From positions 1,522 to 65,521 of the forward strand of contig JBDTNF010000016.1 of assembly GCA_039933875.1 (NCBI GenBank): a stretch of DNA of 64,000 nucleotides, in the 5' to 3' direction. The notes under the pieces were generated by a model. It did not search any database and was not told where the DNA came from. It saw only the letters and a program-made list of their open reading frames with translations. A program made the translations under genes and the position numbers. This DNA comes from Flavobacteriales bacterium. Lineage in GTDB: Bacteria > Bacteroidota > Bacteroidia > Flavobacteriales_F > PHOS-HE28. Shown here one piece after another: positions 8,642-17,705 of this stretch; positions within the stretch are counted from its first letter, which is position 1; each line of letters begins with the position of its first letter.

Positions 8642-10363
8642 ATGATGGCACATTACCCAGCAAGGAGATCGGATCTCTTGAGATGGACGCTCGCGGTCCT
8701 TGGATCGCTGTGCGTGGTCACTGGCGCATGGGCGCAAGGGGAAAAGTTCGCTTACATCTGCTCGGGATATCCGATCCAGGCGGGGAAGGAACTGGTGGTT
8801 ACCGCCAGGGGAGAGGATGGCTCCACTGAAAAGGCCAGCGTTACCAAGCCGGGTGGTCAGTATTACCTGGTGAATGTGAGGTTGCGAATGGGCGTGGCCT
8901 ATGATGTGGAGTATGAGCTTGGAGGTACGTTGGTCCATACCGATGCGCTTGATGCGGTCGAGCGTGTGACGCCAGCGAGACCCCGCATCAAGGAGATCCA
9001 GTTCGACAAGGTCCCGAAAATGAAGAGCGGGCCTTCGGGCATGGTACCCCTGAGCGTACAGGCCAAGGGGGTCAGCGCCAGCGACCTTGGCCAGCCCACC
9101 CTCTCGGTCACCTCGGACGCGGGCAAGTCCCAGAACTCAACGAGGAAGCTGTCGAATGGGCTTGGCTTCGTGTATGTGAAGCCCGGCTTCACATACACGG
9201 TGCTCTATGAGCTGGGGGGCAAACACTATTCCCGCACCGGCCTTGTGCCCGATGATGGAACGGTGCCTGCGCGCTGGGACCTTGCCTTCGTCGAACCGCC
9301 CCCTCCGCCCCCTTGCGAGGTCGGTGCGTCCTGCGATGATGGCGACCCCAAGACCAAGAAGGACAAGCTCCTGCCCGATTGCACGTGCAAGGGGATCCCC
9401 GACGATTGCACGCGTGGGACACCCTGCGATGATGGTGACCCCGGTACGATCGGGGAGAAATTCAACAGCCGGTGCGAATGTGTGGGCGGCGTCCAGAAAC
9501 CCGACTGTCTTGGGGTGCCTGGCGGTTCCAGCAATCCCGGGGAGTCTTGTGACGATGGGAACCCACAGACCGTGAACGATGTCTTCTCGCCGGAGTGCAA
9601 GTGCGTAGGAACCACGTTGGAAAAGGACTGCGAGGGGAATGTGGGTGGCACCGCGGTGAAGGGGAGCTCTTGCGATGACGGCGACGCCAGGACAACGAAC
9701 GACAAGTGGGGTTCGGATTGCGTTTGCCGCGGCATGGTCGTCAGCAAGACCTCGTTGCCCATCATCGAGCATAGCGCATCGAGTGAGCTTCGATGCAGCG
9801 ACCTGCACGTATTGGTCTCCGGTAAGCCACGGGAGGCTTGGAAGGTGGGCGATGTGGATGAGGTGAACATGGAAGTGGATCGCACCGCTTATGCCGGACC
9901 TTCCTCCCAGGGCGAATCACTGGTGGCGCACGGGGACAGCCTGCGCGGCCTCATCTACGTGAACGACTCCCTCTGGCTGGAGCTCTCTTCACCCGATGGC
10001 TCCTTCACCATCGAGGCTGGAAAGGGCAACAGGCATCGCTCCATCCGCGAAACGGCGCCGCTGAGGTTCAAGTGGACCATCACCGCAGCGAAGGCCCCCT
10101 CCGAAGAGAAGGATGATTGGACCGTGTTGAAGCTGACCTCGTACACGCTGAACTGCAACACCGGCAATGCGCGCCTGGAGGAGTTCAACACCGTGGAATA
10201 CAAGGTCAAGGTCACCGAGAAGGTCGATATCCTGAAATGGATCCAGGAACACATCGCGGCCATCGGCACCATCCTGGCGGGCATCGCGGTCATCGTGGGA
10301 TACTTCCGGGACTGGTTCGGCGGCTTGTTCAAGCGCAAGGAGAAGGGCGGAACCCCGGCTTAG
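8642..10363 (+). CDS. Hypothetical type-I membrane-anchored surface protein with Cys-rich CDDGD repeats
   Basis: Signal peptide (LAVLGSLCVVTGAWAQ). Two related N-terminal segments ('AYDVEYELGGTLVH' and 'TYTVLYELGGKHY'), a PPPPPP linker, four Cys-rich repeats, a ~190-aa domain, and one C-terminal TM helix (IAAIGTILAGIAVIVGYF) followed by a basic tail. Confidence 0.8.
   Translation: MMAHYPARRSDLLRWTLAVLGSLCVVTGAWAQGEKFAYICSGYPIQAGKELVVTARGEDGSTEKASVTKPGGQYYLVNVRLRMGVAYDVEYELGGTLVHTDALDAVERVTPARPRIKEIQFDKVPKMKSGPSGMVPLSVQAKGVSASDLGQPTLSVTSDAGKSQNSTRKLSNGLGFVYVKPGFTYTVLYELGGKHYSRTGLVPDDGTVPARWDLAFVEPPPPPPCEVGASCDDGDPKTKKDKLLPDCTCKGIPDDCTRGTPCDDGDPGTIGEKFNSRCECVGGVQKPDCLGVPGGSSNPGESCDDGNPQTVNDVFSPECKCVGTTLEKDCEGNVGGTAVKGSSCDDGDARTTNDKWGSDCVCRGMVVSKTSLPIIEHSASSELRCSDLHVLVSGKPREAWKVGDVDEVNMEVDRTAYAGPSSQGESLVAHGDSLRGLIYVNDSLWLELSSPDGSFTIEAGKGNRHRSIRETAPLRFKWTITAAKAPSEEKDDWTVLKLTSYTLNCNTGNARLEEFNTVEYKVKVTEKVDILKWIQEHIAAIGTILAGIAVIVGYFRDWFGGLFKRKEKGGTPA
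9314..9733 (+). repeat. Four in-frame Cys-rich repeats, consensus C-x5-6-C-D-D-G-[DN]-x2-T-x2-[DE]-x5-C-x-C-x-G
   Basis: Read directly from the translation: 'GASCDDGDPKTKKDKLLPDCTCKG', 'GTPCDDGDPGTIGEKFNSRCECVG', 'GESCDDGNPQTVNDVFSPECKCVG', 'GSSCDDGDARTTNDKWGSDCVCRG'. Confidence 0.85.
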
Positions 10364-10486
10364 TCCGAGGGATCACGTGATGAGAAGTCGTTCCATCACG
10401 ATACGAAAGGAGGCCTGATCCGCTGCGTGCGATGACGGGCTCATATGAGCCTTCGGTCCATCAAGATCCTTCGGGGAGCGGATCGC

Positions 10487-13400
10487 TCAGCGCGCGGTCA
10501 ACATGATCCGCTCGATCACCGCGTCGGTGCCGTTGCCGATCCGCATCAGGTAGAGGCCCGTGACAGGATGCAGCAGGTCGATCCGCGCACGGCCTTCCGC
10601 GATGGTGGTGCGTGTGTAGGGCACGCTTTGGCCCAATGCGTCTATGAGCTCCAGCGGAGTTCCGGCGGGGAGGCTCACCCAGAAGCTGCCATCGTTCGGG
10701 TTGGGATACACCAACGTGCGTTCCTTCCAATCCGCCGATACGGTGGGTGAAAAGGTCTGGGTGTTGTCCAGATCGACCATGCGCAGGCGGTAGTAATTGG
10801 TGCCGGTCTTCGGCGCTTCGTCCAGGAACGAATACTCGATCATCGCGACGGAGTTCCCGGCGGCGGGCTGCGTGCCGATGCGTGCCCAGTCCGTTCCGTT
10901 GGTGCTGCGCTCGATGTCGTAGCGGGCACTGTTCAACTCGGTCGCGGTCGTCCAGGTCAGCAGGATGCCGCTGTTGTTCGGCCAGGCGTGCAGGTCAAGC
11001 AACTCCACAGGCAATGTGCTGTTGCCGAAGAGTTGCACATTGTCGAAGTAGAAGAAGTTGCCGTAGGCGTTGAGCCCCACGAAACGGATCTGTACGGTCT
11101 GTCCATCGTAGGCGCTGATGTTGATCGTGTTCGTCTGCCACTGCGAACAGTTCGTTGGTGCCCAGGCGTTGGTGTTAGCAGCGGTGGTCGCCAATGCGAC
11201 GCCAGAGGCGTTGTAGAGCGTCGTCCAACTTCCGCCGCAGTTGTTGCTGATGTCCACACGGAAACCGTCGTAGTAGCCGGCACCATAAGGAGCGAAGGCG
11301 CGGTCGAAGCGCAGTTGGCAACTCGACAGGCCGTTGAGGTTGATGCGCGGTGTCACCAGGCGATCCTCCTGGCCCACGCCATTGTAATTGTAGTTGTCGA
11401 TGCTCCACGCGCGTGTCGATCCGCAGTTGATGCCGTTGGTGAGCACCGTCGTGGTCCAGGTGGTCAGCGCATCGGGGTTCTCCAGGCGCCAACCCGCTGG
11501 TGCGGGCACCGTGGCCACGGCGAGCCCTTCGGAGAACGGCGCGGGAACGATGGTCGCATTGGTGACCGTGAAGGAACTGGTGGCTTGATCATTACCGGCG
11601 AACGAATCGCCGCCAAGCAAGGTGGATACCGCGACGGTGTGTGCTCCCGTTGTGCCGATCACCAGCGGTGTGGCGAAGGTGTAGGTCGCGCTGGCACCTG
11701 CGGCGATCGTCGCCGTGAACGTTTCGGCCACCCAGGCGCCGGCATCCAGGCGGTAGCGGATCGGGAAGTTGCTCTGGGCGTTCGATCCGAAATTCCGAAC
11801 GGTGGCGCTCACGATCGTGTTGTTGCCCGAGCAATCAAGCGTGCCCGAAGCCGACGGTGTGAGCACGGCCGAAACCCCGACGTTGTTCGGCAGCGGTGTA
11901 TCGTATGCTTCGGTCTGGTCGGTGCGGCTCAAGCTGCTGCCCTGGTTCGCGCTCACGCCAAGGCCGCGTCGCGCGAAGGCGTTCCACATGGCCGTTTGGT
12001 GAACGCCGCCGTAAAGCGCAGCATCGGCATTGATGAGCGCATTGCGCGCATCCACGAAACCGGGATTGCACGCGGTCAGCTTCATGCCCTCCATCACCAG
12101 GTGCATGGCGATGTTGTTGCCGCCGGTCCCGGAATAGATGTTCGGGTCGTAACCGTAGGTGTTGATCAACTCCCACGTCATTTCCCACAGGATGGTGCAC
12201 CACACGAAACCGATGCCGTGCGGCACGGCGATGGCCGCCGTGTTGTTCGTTGCCGCGTACGTGTAGTTGTTCTGCGCGAAATCGGTGCTGTACGGTGCAG
12301 GGCGTATGCCCCCACCGGTAACTCCCTGCCCGATCACGTAGGTGCCGATGCCGCGGCGATCCGTTCCCTGGTCCCCCACCTCGATTGTCATCATCAGCGC
12401 CACCCAGTCGCTCCAGCCTTCGCCCATCTGTTCGGCGTTGGTGAGGCAGTTCACGTTGGCCGGGCCACCCACCAGGCGGTTGCTTATGCCGTGCGCGTAT
12501 TCATGCGCGATCACACCGTTGTCGATGTCCCCATCGCGGCTCGGTGTGGTGTAGGTCCACACGTACATCTGCATGCGCGGTGAACTGCCTTCGGCAGGTG
12601 TTCCGAAGTTGGCGTTGTTCGTGCCGCCACCATCCTGTGCATCGGCGAACACATAGTCGTTGCCCGTGCCACCCCGGCCGTAGTTGTTCTGCTGGAAATT
12701 CCCGCTCGGGTCATCGAACCCGTAGGGGTACCACACATCGTGAACCAGGTTGTTCCAGTAGTAGAGGTTCGTGATCGCCGCGTTCTGGTAGGTGCTGGGC
12801 GCCCCGCCGAGGTTGATCGTGTAATCGAAGTCCAGCGTGGCGCTCACCGGCGATGCGCCTGTACCGTTGTTGTTGTTCGCATCCTCCTGCGCCCATGCGT
12901 TGTTGCCGCGCGTGGTGGTGTATTCGGGACCGGCAGCACCGTTGGTGTCGTTCCATCCGTAGGGCGAGGCGATGCCGCCGGCGGTCCAGGGTGCGTTGCG
13001 CAACGCCCGTGCCCCGTGGTTCGGGCTTTCAACCGGCATGGGGTACACGTTCAAGTCGTTCGCCACGAGCGGCGGTGGTGCAGCTTCGGGTGCAGCTTCG
13101 TCCAGGTGCGCCTCGCAAGCGGCATCATCGAAATGGCACTCGCTCACCCAATCGTTGCGGTCCAATTCATTGCCGGTCACCGCATCGATCCGCACGTTCC
13201 ACCAGTGCGAACCATCGGGGGTGTAGTGGTTCACGTTCCACACCAGGCGCAACTTGTCCTCCACCGGTAGCAGCATCAGCTGCACATGCACGGGCTCATT
13301 GCCCAGCGCGGCCCCGGCGAAGGTCAGCAGACGGCCACCATCCTCGGTGCTGAGTAGGGCGGGTGTTGCAGCGCCCGGAACGGTCTTCGCGAGCACGCTG

Positions 13401-13759
13401 GCAAGGGCCACTTCGGCACTCACACTCGGCGTGGTCGTGTTCACGCGTTTGGCCAGTTGCGGCCACGCACCATTGTTCAGTTGCAGCACCTGCCCATCGG
13501 GGGTAAGGTGTACGGCGATGTCGCCGTTCCATACCTCGATGCCCTGCCAGCGCTGGCGCAGGTAGGTGTGGCGCACCGGGCTGGCGGCACTCACGTAATC
13601 GTTCTTCACCACAAGGTCGCCCAGGTCCTCGGCCTGGAACCCCTGTTGCAGCAGGCTTTCCAGCACTTTCGTGCGCGCCACATCCACAGGTGCCTGCGCC
13701 ATGGCGGCAAGCAGAAGGCCGGAGGCCATCACTGTGAGGAGCGAGCGGTGCAGGTGCAT
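10487..13759 (-). CDS. Secreted M36 (fungalysin-type) zinc metalloprotease with CARDB-like, MAM-like and T9SS C-terminal sorting domains
   Basis: Signal peptide, then an FTP-like propeptide ('RHTYLRQRWQGIEVWNGDIAVH'). Zinc site 'HEYAHGISNRLVGGP' plus 'EGWSDW'. The C-terminal tail 'VYPNPNDGSFWV...LYLMRIGNG...' is a typical type-A T9SS sorting domain. Confidence 0.9.
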   Translation of the reverse strand: MHLHRSLLTVMASGLLLAAMAQAPVDVARTKVLESLLQQGFQAEDLGDLVVKNDYVSAASPVRHTYLRQRWQGIEVWNGDIAVHLTPDGQVLQLNNGAWPQLAKRVNTTTPSVSAEVALASVLAKTVPGAATPALLSTEDGGRLLTFAGAALGNEPVHVQLMLLPVEDKLRLVWNVNHYTPDGSHWWNVRIDAVTGNELDRNDWVSECHFDDAACEAHLDEAAPEAAPPPLVANDLNVYPMPVESPNHGARALRNAPWTAGGIASPYGWNDTNGAAGPEYTTTRGNNAWAQEDANNNNGTGASPVSATLDFDYTINLGGAPSTYQNAAITNLYYWNNLVHDVWYPYGFDDPSGNFQQNNYGRGGTGNDYVFADAQDGGGTNNANFGTPAEGSSPRMQMYVWTYTTPSRDGDIDNGVIAHEYAHGISNRLVGGPANVNCLTNAEQMGEGWSDWVALMMTIEVGDQGTDRRGIGTYVIGQGVTGGGIRPAPYSTDFAQNNYTYAATNNTAAIAVPHGIGFVWCTILWEMTWELINTYGYDPNIYSGTGGNNIAMHLVMEGMKLTACNPGFVDARNALINADAALYGGVHQTAMWNAFARRGLGVSANQGSSLSRTDQTEAYDTPLPNNVGVSAVLTPSASGTLDCSGNNTIVSATVRNFGSNAQSNFPIRYRLDAGAWVAETFTATIAAGASATYTFATPLVIGTTGAHTVAVSTLLGGDSFAGNDQATSSFTVTNATIVPAPFSEGLAVATVPAPAGWRLENPDALTTWTTTVLTNGINCGSTRAWSIDNYNYNGVGQEDRLVTPRINLNGLSSCQLRFDRAFAPYGAGYYDGFRVDISNNCGGSWTTLYNASGVALATTAANTNAWAPTNCSQWQTNTINISAYDGQTVQIRFVGLNAYGNFFYFDNVQLFGNSTLPVELLDLHAWPNNSGILLTWTTATELNSARYDIERSTNGTDWARIGTQPAAGNSVAMIEYSFLDEAPKTGTNYYRLRMVDLDNTQTFSPTVSADWKERTLVYPNPNDGSFWVSLPAGTPLELIDALGQSVPYTRTTIAEGRARIDLLHPVTGLYLMRIGNGTDAVIERIMLTAR

Positions 13760-13915
13760 GAGCGCGGTGAGCGACCGCGAAAGTACCTGACTGACAGTAG
13801 GAAAACAAGTGGATTTTGGGGCAGGCGGGGGAGGCTGGCCGAGGGGCTGCTTAAGGCCGGATCGGGCCTTGTGCAGTGGGTCGGCGAACTCTAGAACGCT
13901 TGGGCTTGAGACGGA

Positions 13916-15820
13916 CTAGAACTCCGCACTCTTCGGTGTGCGCGGGAAGGGGATCACATCGCGGATATTGCCCATGCCGGTAACGAAGAGCACGAAGCGC
14001 TCCAGCCCCAGCCCGAAGCCCGCGTGCGGCACCGTGCCGAATTTGCGTGTGTCCAGGTACCACCACAACTCTTCCTTGGGCAGGTGCATGGCGTCCATGC
14101 GCTTCACGAGTTCGTCGTAGCGCTCCTCGCGCTGGCTGCCACCGATGATCTCGCCGATGCCAGGGAACAGCACGTCCATCGCAGCCACGGTGGGGCCTTT
14201 GTCGCTGTAGCCGAAGTCGCCCGGCGCGTTCATGCGCATGTAGAAGGCCTTGATCTGTGCCGGGTAGCCCGTGACGATCACCGGCTTCTTGAAATGCTTC
14301 TCCACCAGGAAGCGCTCGTGCTCGCTCTGCAGATCGACACCCCATTCCACGGGGAACTGGAACTGCTTCTTCTGGTAGGGCTTGCTGCGCAGCAGGATGT
14401 CGATGGCCTGGTCGTAGGTGATGCGCTCGAAGGGGTTGTCGTGTACGAACTTCAACCGTTCGATAAGGCCCATCTCGCTGCGCTGCTCCTTGGGTTTGGT
14501 GGCTTCCTCTTCCGTGAGGCGCGCATCGAGGAAGGCGAGGTCGTCGGCACTGTTCTTCAGCACTCGTGCGATCAAATGCTTGCACAGGCCTTCGGCCAGG
14601 TCCATGTCGCCCTTCAGGTCCATGAAGGCAGCCTCGGGCTCGATCATCCAGAACTCGGCGAGGTGGCGTGTGGTATTGCTGTTCTCCGCGCGGAACGTAG
14701 GGCCGAATGTGTAGACCTTGCCCAATGCGAGCGCGGCGAGCTCGGCTTGCAACTGCCCGCTGACGGTCAGACGACTCTCACTTCCGAAAAAATCCTTGTC
14801 ATAATCAATGGTGCCTGGAATCACGACAAATAGGTTGTGAAACGCCAGCGCTCCAATGGGAAATTCTTCAATCGAGAAGAGTCGTTCGTATTCACCACCT
14901 ACTCGACGTCGTAGGGTGTACCCGTGCTCTCGGCAAAGTCTTTCCATATCTCGTTGATAGTCCGAGATGTCCTTATCCCCAATTCTGCCTTGATTGAGAC
15001 GGTTGGATATGTCGGTTACAAGATCCGTAAAGATTTTACGAATGCCAGGCTTTGCATCGAGGGGCTTCGTTAGCTCAGCTCGATTCTCATAGCCTTTCAT
15101 CAAGGCATTTGGAGGCAAGAAGATATAGTGAGCAAAGACCTCCATGTAGGCCTTAGTAAGGTCCGGTTCGAAGCCAACATCTTCTAACTTCTTCCGAAGA
15201 GTTACGAGAGCGGTCACTGCATATTCTTGAACAACCTTGTCAAAAATCGAATAGTCAACGGGCTCTGATCTCAACGACAACGGCGGGTTTGCAATGGGAA
15301 GGGTTGTGACTTGAAACATCTCGCCCGCACCCTCCGCATCGCTAGCCGTGATGATGGGCGCATGGAAGTAGTTGTAGCCGAGCCCGTCGAAATACTCGTG
15401 GATGCCGAAACTCACCTGGTGCCGCATGCGGAACACCGCGCTGTAGGTGTTGGTGCGGAAACGCAAATGCGCCTGCTCGCGCAGGAACTCGAGCGAGTGT
15501 TTCTTCGGTTGGATCGGATAGGCGGTGGCGTCGCTATCGCCGAGCACGACGACCTCCGTCACTTTCAGCTCGACGCGCTGGCCACTGCCTTGCGAGGCCA
15601 CGAGCTCACCGGTGCAACGCACTGCCGCACTGGTGGTGAAGCGTGCGCGTGTGGCCGCGTCCACCTTTTCCTGATCGATGACGCACTGCAGGTTGCGGAT
15701 GGTGCTGCCGTCGTTGAGCGCGATGAAGCGGTCGTTGCGGAAGGTGCGCACCCAGCCGGCCACCGTTACGGTCTGTCCGGTGAGGGTTTCGTTGTCAAGG
15801 ACGTCTTTGATGGAATGCAT
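13916..15820 (-). CDS. asnS: Asparagine--tRNA ligase with a ~150-aa in-frame insertion
   Basis: Start at [30 protein letters not shown] (typical AsnRS N-terminus, ATG 15820-15818). Class IIb motifs '[21 protein letters not shown]' and 'GGSQREER...[12 protein letters not shown]'. The protein is 634 aa versus about 465-480 aa for typical bacterial AsnRS. The extra residues (~181-335) lie between '[12 protein letters not shown]' and 'IDYDKDFFG'. Confidence 0.9.
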   Translation of the reverse strand: MHSIKDVLDNETLTGQTVTVAGWVRTFRNDRFIALNDGSTIRNLQCVIDQEKVDAATRARFTTSAAVRCTGELVASQGSGQRVELKVTEVVVLGDSDATAYPIQPKKHSLEFLREQAHLRFRTNTYSAVFRMRHQVSFGIHEYFDGLGYNYFHAPIITASDAEGAGEMFQVTTLPIANPPLSLRSEPVDYSIFDKVVQEYAVTALVTLRKKLEDVGFEPDLTKAYMEVFAHYIFLPPNALMKGYENRAELTKPLDAKPGIRKIFTDLVTDISNRLNQGRIGDKDISDYQRDMERLCREHGYTLRRRVGGEYERLFSIEEFPIGALAFHNLFVVIPGTIDYDKDFFGSESRLTVSGQLQAELAALALGKVYTFGPTFRAENSNTTRHLAEFWMIEPEAAFMDLKGDMDLAEGLCKHLIARVLKNSADDLAFLDARLTEEEATKPKEQRSEMGLIERLKFVHDNPFERITYDQAIDILLRSKPYQKKQFQFPVEWGVDLQSEHERFLVEKHFKKPVIVTGYPAQIKAFYMRMNAPGDFGYSDKGPTVAAMDVLFPGIGEIIGGSQREERYDELVKRMDAMHLPKEELWWYLDTRKFGTVPHAGFGLGLERFVLFVTGMGNIRDVIPFPRTPKSAEF

Positions 15821-15972
15821 CGGCGAGAAAGAAGGGTGCGAGGGTGAAAGAGTGAGAGGGGTGGACTTGCCCTCGCGCTCTTTCACGCTTTCGGCGGCAA
15901 AGATGCACAAGCCTCCGCTACCGCTTGTTGTGCTGGGCGTGGCTGATGCACCCATGGACGCCCCTAACGCAA

Positions 15973-15998
15973 CAGGCAGGGACCGAAGTCCCTGCCTG
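15973..15998 (-). terminator. Hairpin terminator downstream of the OmpA-like gene
   Basis: On the minus strand: CAGGCAGGGAC-TTCG-GTCCCTGCCTG. This is an 11-bp stem with a UUCG-type tetraloop, 40 nt after the stop at 16038. The T-run is weak. Confidence 0.55.
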
Positions 15999-16037
15999 CT
16001 CGTTCGACGCCGCTCCAATTCAAGAGCGAGGTCGGCG

Positions 16038-16877
16038 CTACTTTTTAGTGGGGGCGGGTTGCGTCGGACTTCCCACCAGTTTGAAGAGTTCATCGAGCTT
16101 GGGCACCAGGATGATCTCCGTGCGGCGGTTGCGTGCACGATCCTCCGCGCTGCTGTTGCTGGCTATCGGCTGGAACTGGCTCCGCCCAGCGGCCTCCACC
16201 CGTTCAGGCGGTACCGAGTACGTGGTGGTGAGCAGGCGCACGATGCTCACGGCGCGTGCGGTGCTCAGGTCCCAGTTGTCGGTGTATTTCGAGGTCTTGA
16301 TGGGGATGCTGTCGGTATGCCCCTCCACCATCACATTGATGTCGGCGTTGGTGCGCAGTACGCCGGCCAGTTTGCCCAAGGCGTCCTTTCCTTTGGGATC
16401 GACTTTGGCGCTGCCGCTGGCGAAGAGCAGCTTTTCCGAGAGGGATACATAGATCTTGCCATCGCGCTCGGTGACGGTGAGGTCCTCGGCCTTGAAATTC
16501 ACCAGGGCATCGGTCACCTTTTTGCGCAGGGAGCTCATGGCATCGGTCTGCGCGCGCAATCGCGCATCCAGATCGTCCATGCGTTTCGCCTTCTGGCGGA
16601 GTTCCTCTTGGGTGGCGCGCAGTTCGCGACCACGCTCCTCCAATTGGGCCTTGGTCATATCGGCATCGCCCTGCAGACCCAGGTATTCAGCCCGTATGCT
16701 GCGCAGGTCGGTGGTGCATGAGGCGCTATCGGCACGCATGCGCTCGATAGTGGCCGCTTTCATGGCGGCGTCTTCCTTGTACCGGCCCATTTTGCAGCCT
16801 GAACCGAGGAGGATGATAGCCGCCAGCGCTGCCGCTGCCGGAAAGTATGTGGATGTGTTACGCATGGGGGTGTTCAA
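16038..16877 (-). CDS. OmpA/MotB-family peptidoglycan-binding lipoprotein with coiled-coil N-terminal region
   Basis: Lipobox 'LLGSGC', then a heptad-rich segment. OmpA-like domain '[12 protein letters not shown]...[17 protein letters not shown]...[11 protein letters not shown]'. Confidence 0.9.
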   Translation of the reverse strand: MNTPMRNTSTYFPAAAALAAIILLGSGCKMGRYKEDAAMKAATIERMRADSASCTTDLRSIRAEYLGLQGDADMTKAQLEERGRELRATQEELRQKAKRMDDLDARLRAQTDAMSSLRKKVTDALVNFKAEDLTVTERDGKIYVSLSEKLLFASGSAKVDPKGKDALGKLAGVLRTNADINVMVEGHTDSIPIKTSKYTDNWDLSTARAVSIVRLLTTTYSVPPERVEAAGRSQFQPIASNSSAEDRARNRRTEIILVPKLDELFKLVGSPTQPAPTKK

Positions 16878-16901
16878 TAAGTGGTGTTATGGAGGTGGGG
16901 G

Positions 16902-17525
16902 TCAATTGTTCTTGTCCACCGCGTCCTTGTCATCATCGCCGATGTTCACGCCCAGGGTGAACAAGTACGTGAGGTACTTGCTGTCGAGGTTCTGCACCGA
17001 GACATCATCGTTGTACACACGACTGAGACCGAGGCTGACGCTGGGTTCCGCGGTGAAGCGCCCCATGTCGAATCCCAGGGCGACATCCAGGTTCCAGAGC
17101 GCCTCATTGAACTCACCATCATTGAATTCGATGTCGGAGTCCTTCACATCCTGGCTCAAGGAAACATCGAACGTGGGTCCCACGGCCAGGCGCATGTCGA
17201 ACTGGTAGTGATCGATGAGGCGGTAGCCCCCCATGAGTTTCAACTTGAGGTTGGTGGTCACGATGCGCCCACTTTGCGCGATGGTATCCTGGAATTCAAC
17301 GAACGTGGAGTTGCGACCGATGAAGGCACCCGGCTGCAGGTAGACCTTGTTGCCCCAGCGTGCATCGGCACCCAACAGGAAGCCGACGCGTGCGGAGTAG
17401 GTGACACCCTCGGGTGGCTTGGTGATGTTCTGATAGGTGACCCCCAATTGCGGGTTCACCTGCCACTGGGCCGCGGTGGCAAGGGCAAGCGGTCCCAGGG
17501 CAAGGACGAATAGCATACGTTTCAT
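16902..17525 (-). CDS. Outer-membrane beta-barrel (porin-family/OmpW-like) protein
   Basis: Start at MKRMLFVLALGPLALATAAQ (signal peptide). Alternating hydrophobic beta-strand pattern throughout. It lies 24 nt upstream of the OmpA-like gene on the same strand. Confidence 0.7.
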   Translation of the reverse strand: MKRMLFVLALGPLALATAAQWQVNPQLGVTYQNITKPPEGVTYSARVGFLLGADARWGNKVYLQPGAFIGRNSTFVEFQDTIAQSGRIVTTNLKLKLMGGYRLIDHYQFDMRLAVGPTFDVSLSQDVKDSDIEFNDGEFNEALWNLDVALGFDMGRFTAEPSVSLGLSRVYNDDVSVQNLDSKYLTYLFTLGVNIGDDDKDAVDKNN

Positions 17526-17705
17526 TTTCCGGGTTTTTTGATCTCCACCGTAGTCCCAATGCGTGTGCCCCCGCACCGATATGCGCTACAGCGCAACAGG
17601 GACGCAGGAACACAACCACTGGCTCCTTTTGTCGAAACGGGTGCGCCATGCCCATCGTGGGTACACACTGCCCCGAATGGGAACTGTCGAAATGGGCCTC
17701 GAGAA

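Noticed and set aside
14816-15280. Intein, or a separate nested gene, as explanation for the asnS insertion
   Set aside because: The upstream junction has no Cys/Ser nucleophile and the downstream junction has no His-Asn plus Cys/Ser/Thr. No intein blocks or LAGLIDADG/HNH motifs are present, and ~150 aa is small for a homing-endonuclease intein. The insert is continuous with the asnS frame, with no internal stop, so it is not an independent ORF. A frameshift or assembly artefact is unlikely because conserved AsnRS sequence resumes in the same frame.
15821-16138. N-terminal 106-aa extension of the asnS ORF (the 740-aa version in the ORF track)
   Set aside because: The conserved AsnRS N-terminus starts at MHSIKDVL (15820). 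The extension is S/P/R/A-rich, runs across the terminator hairpin of the upstream gene and overlaps the end of the OmpA-like CDS.
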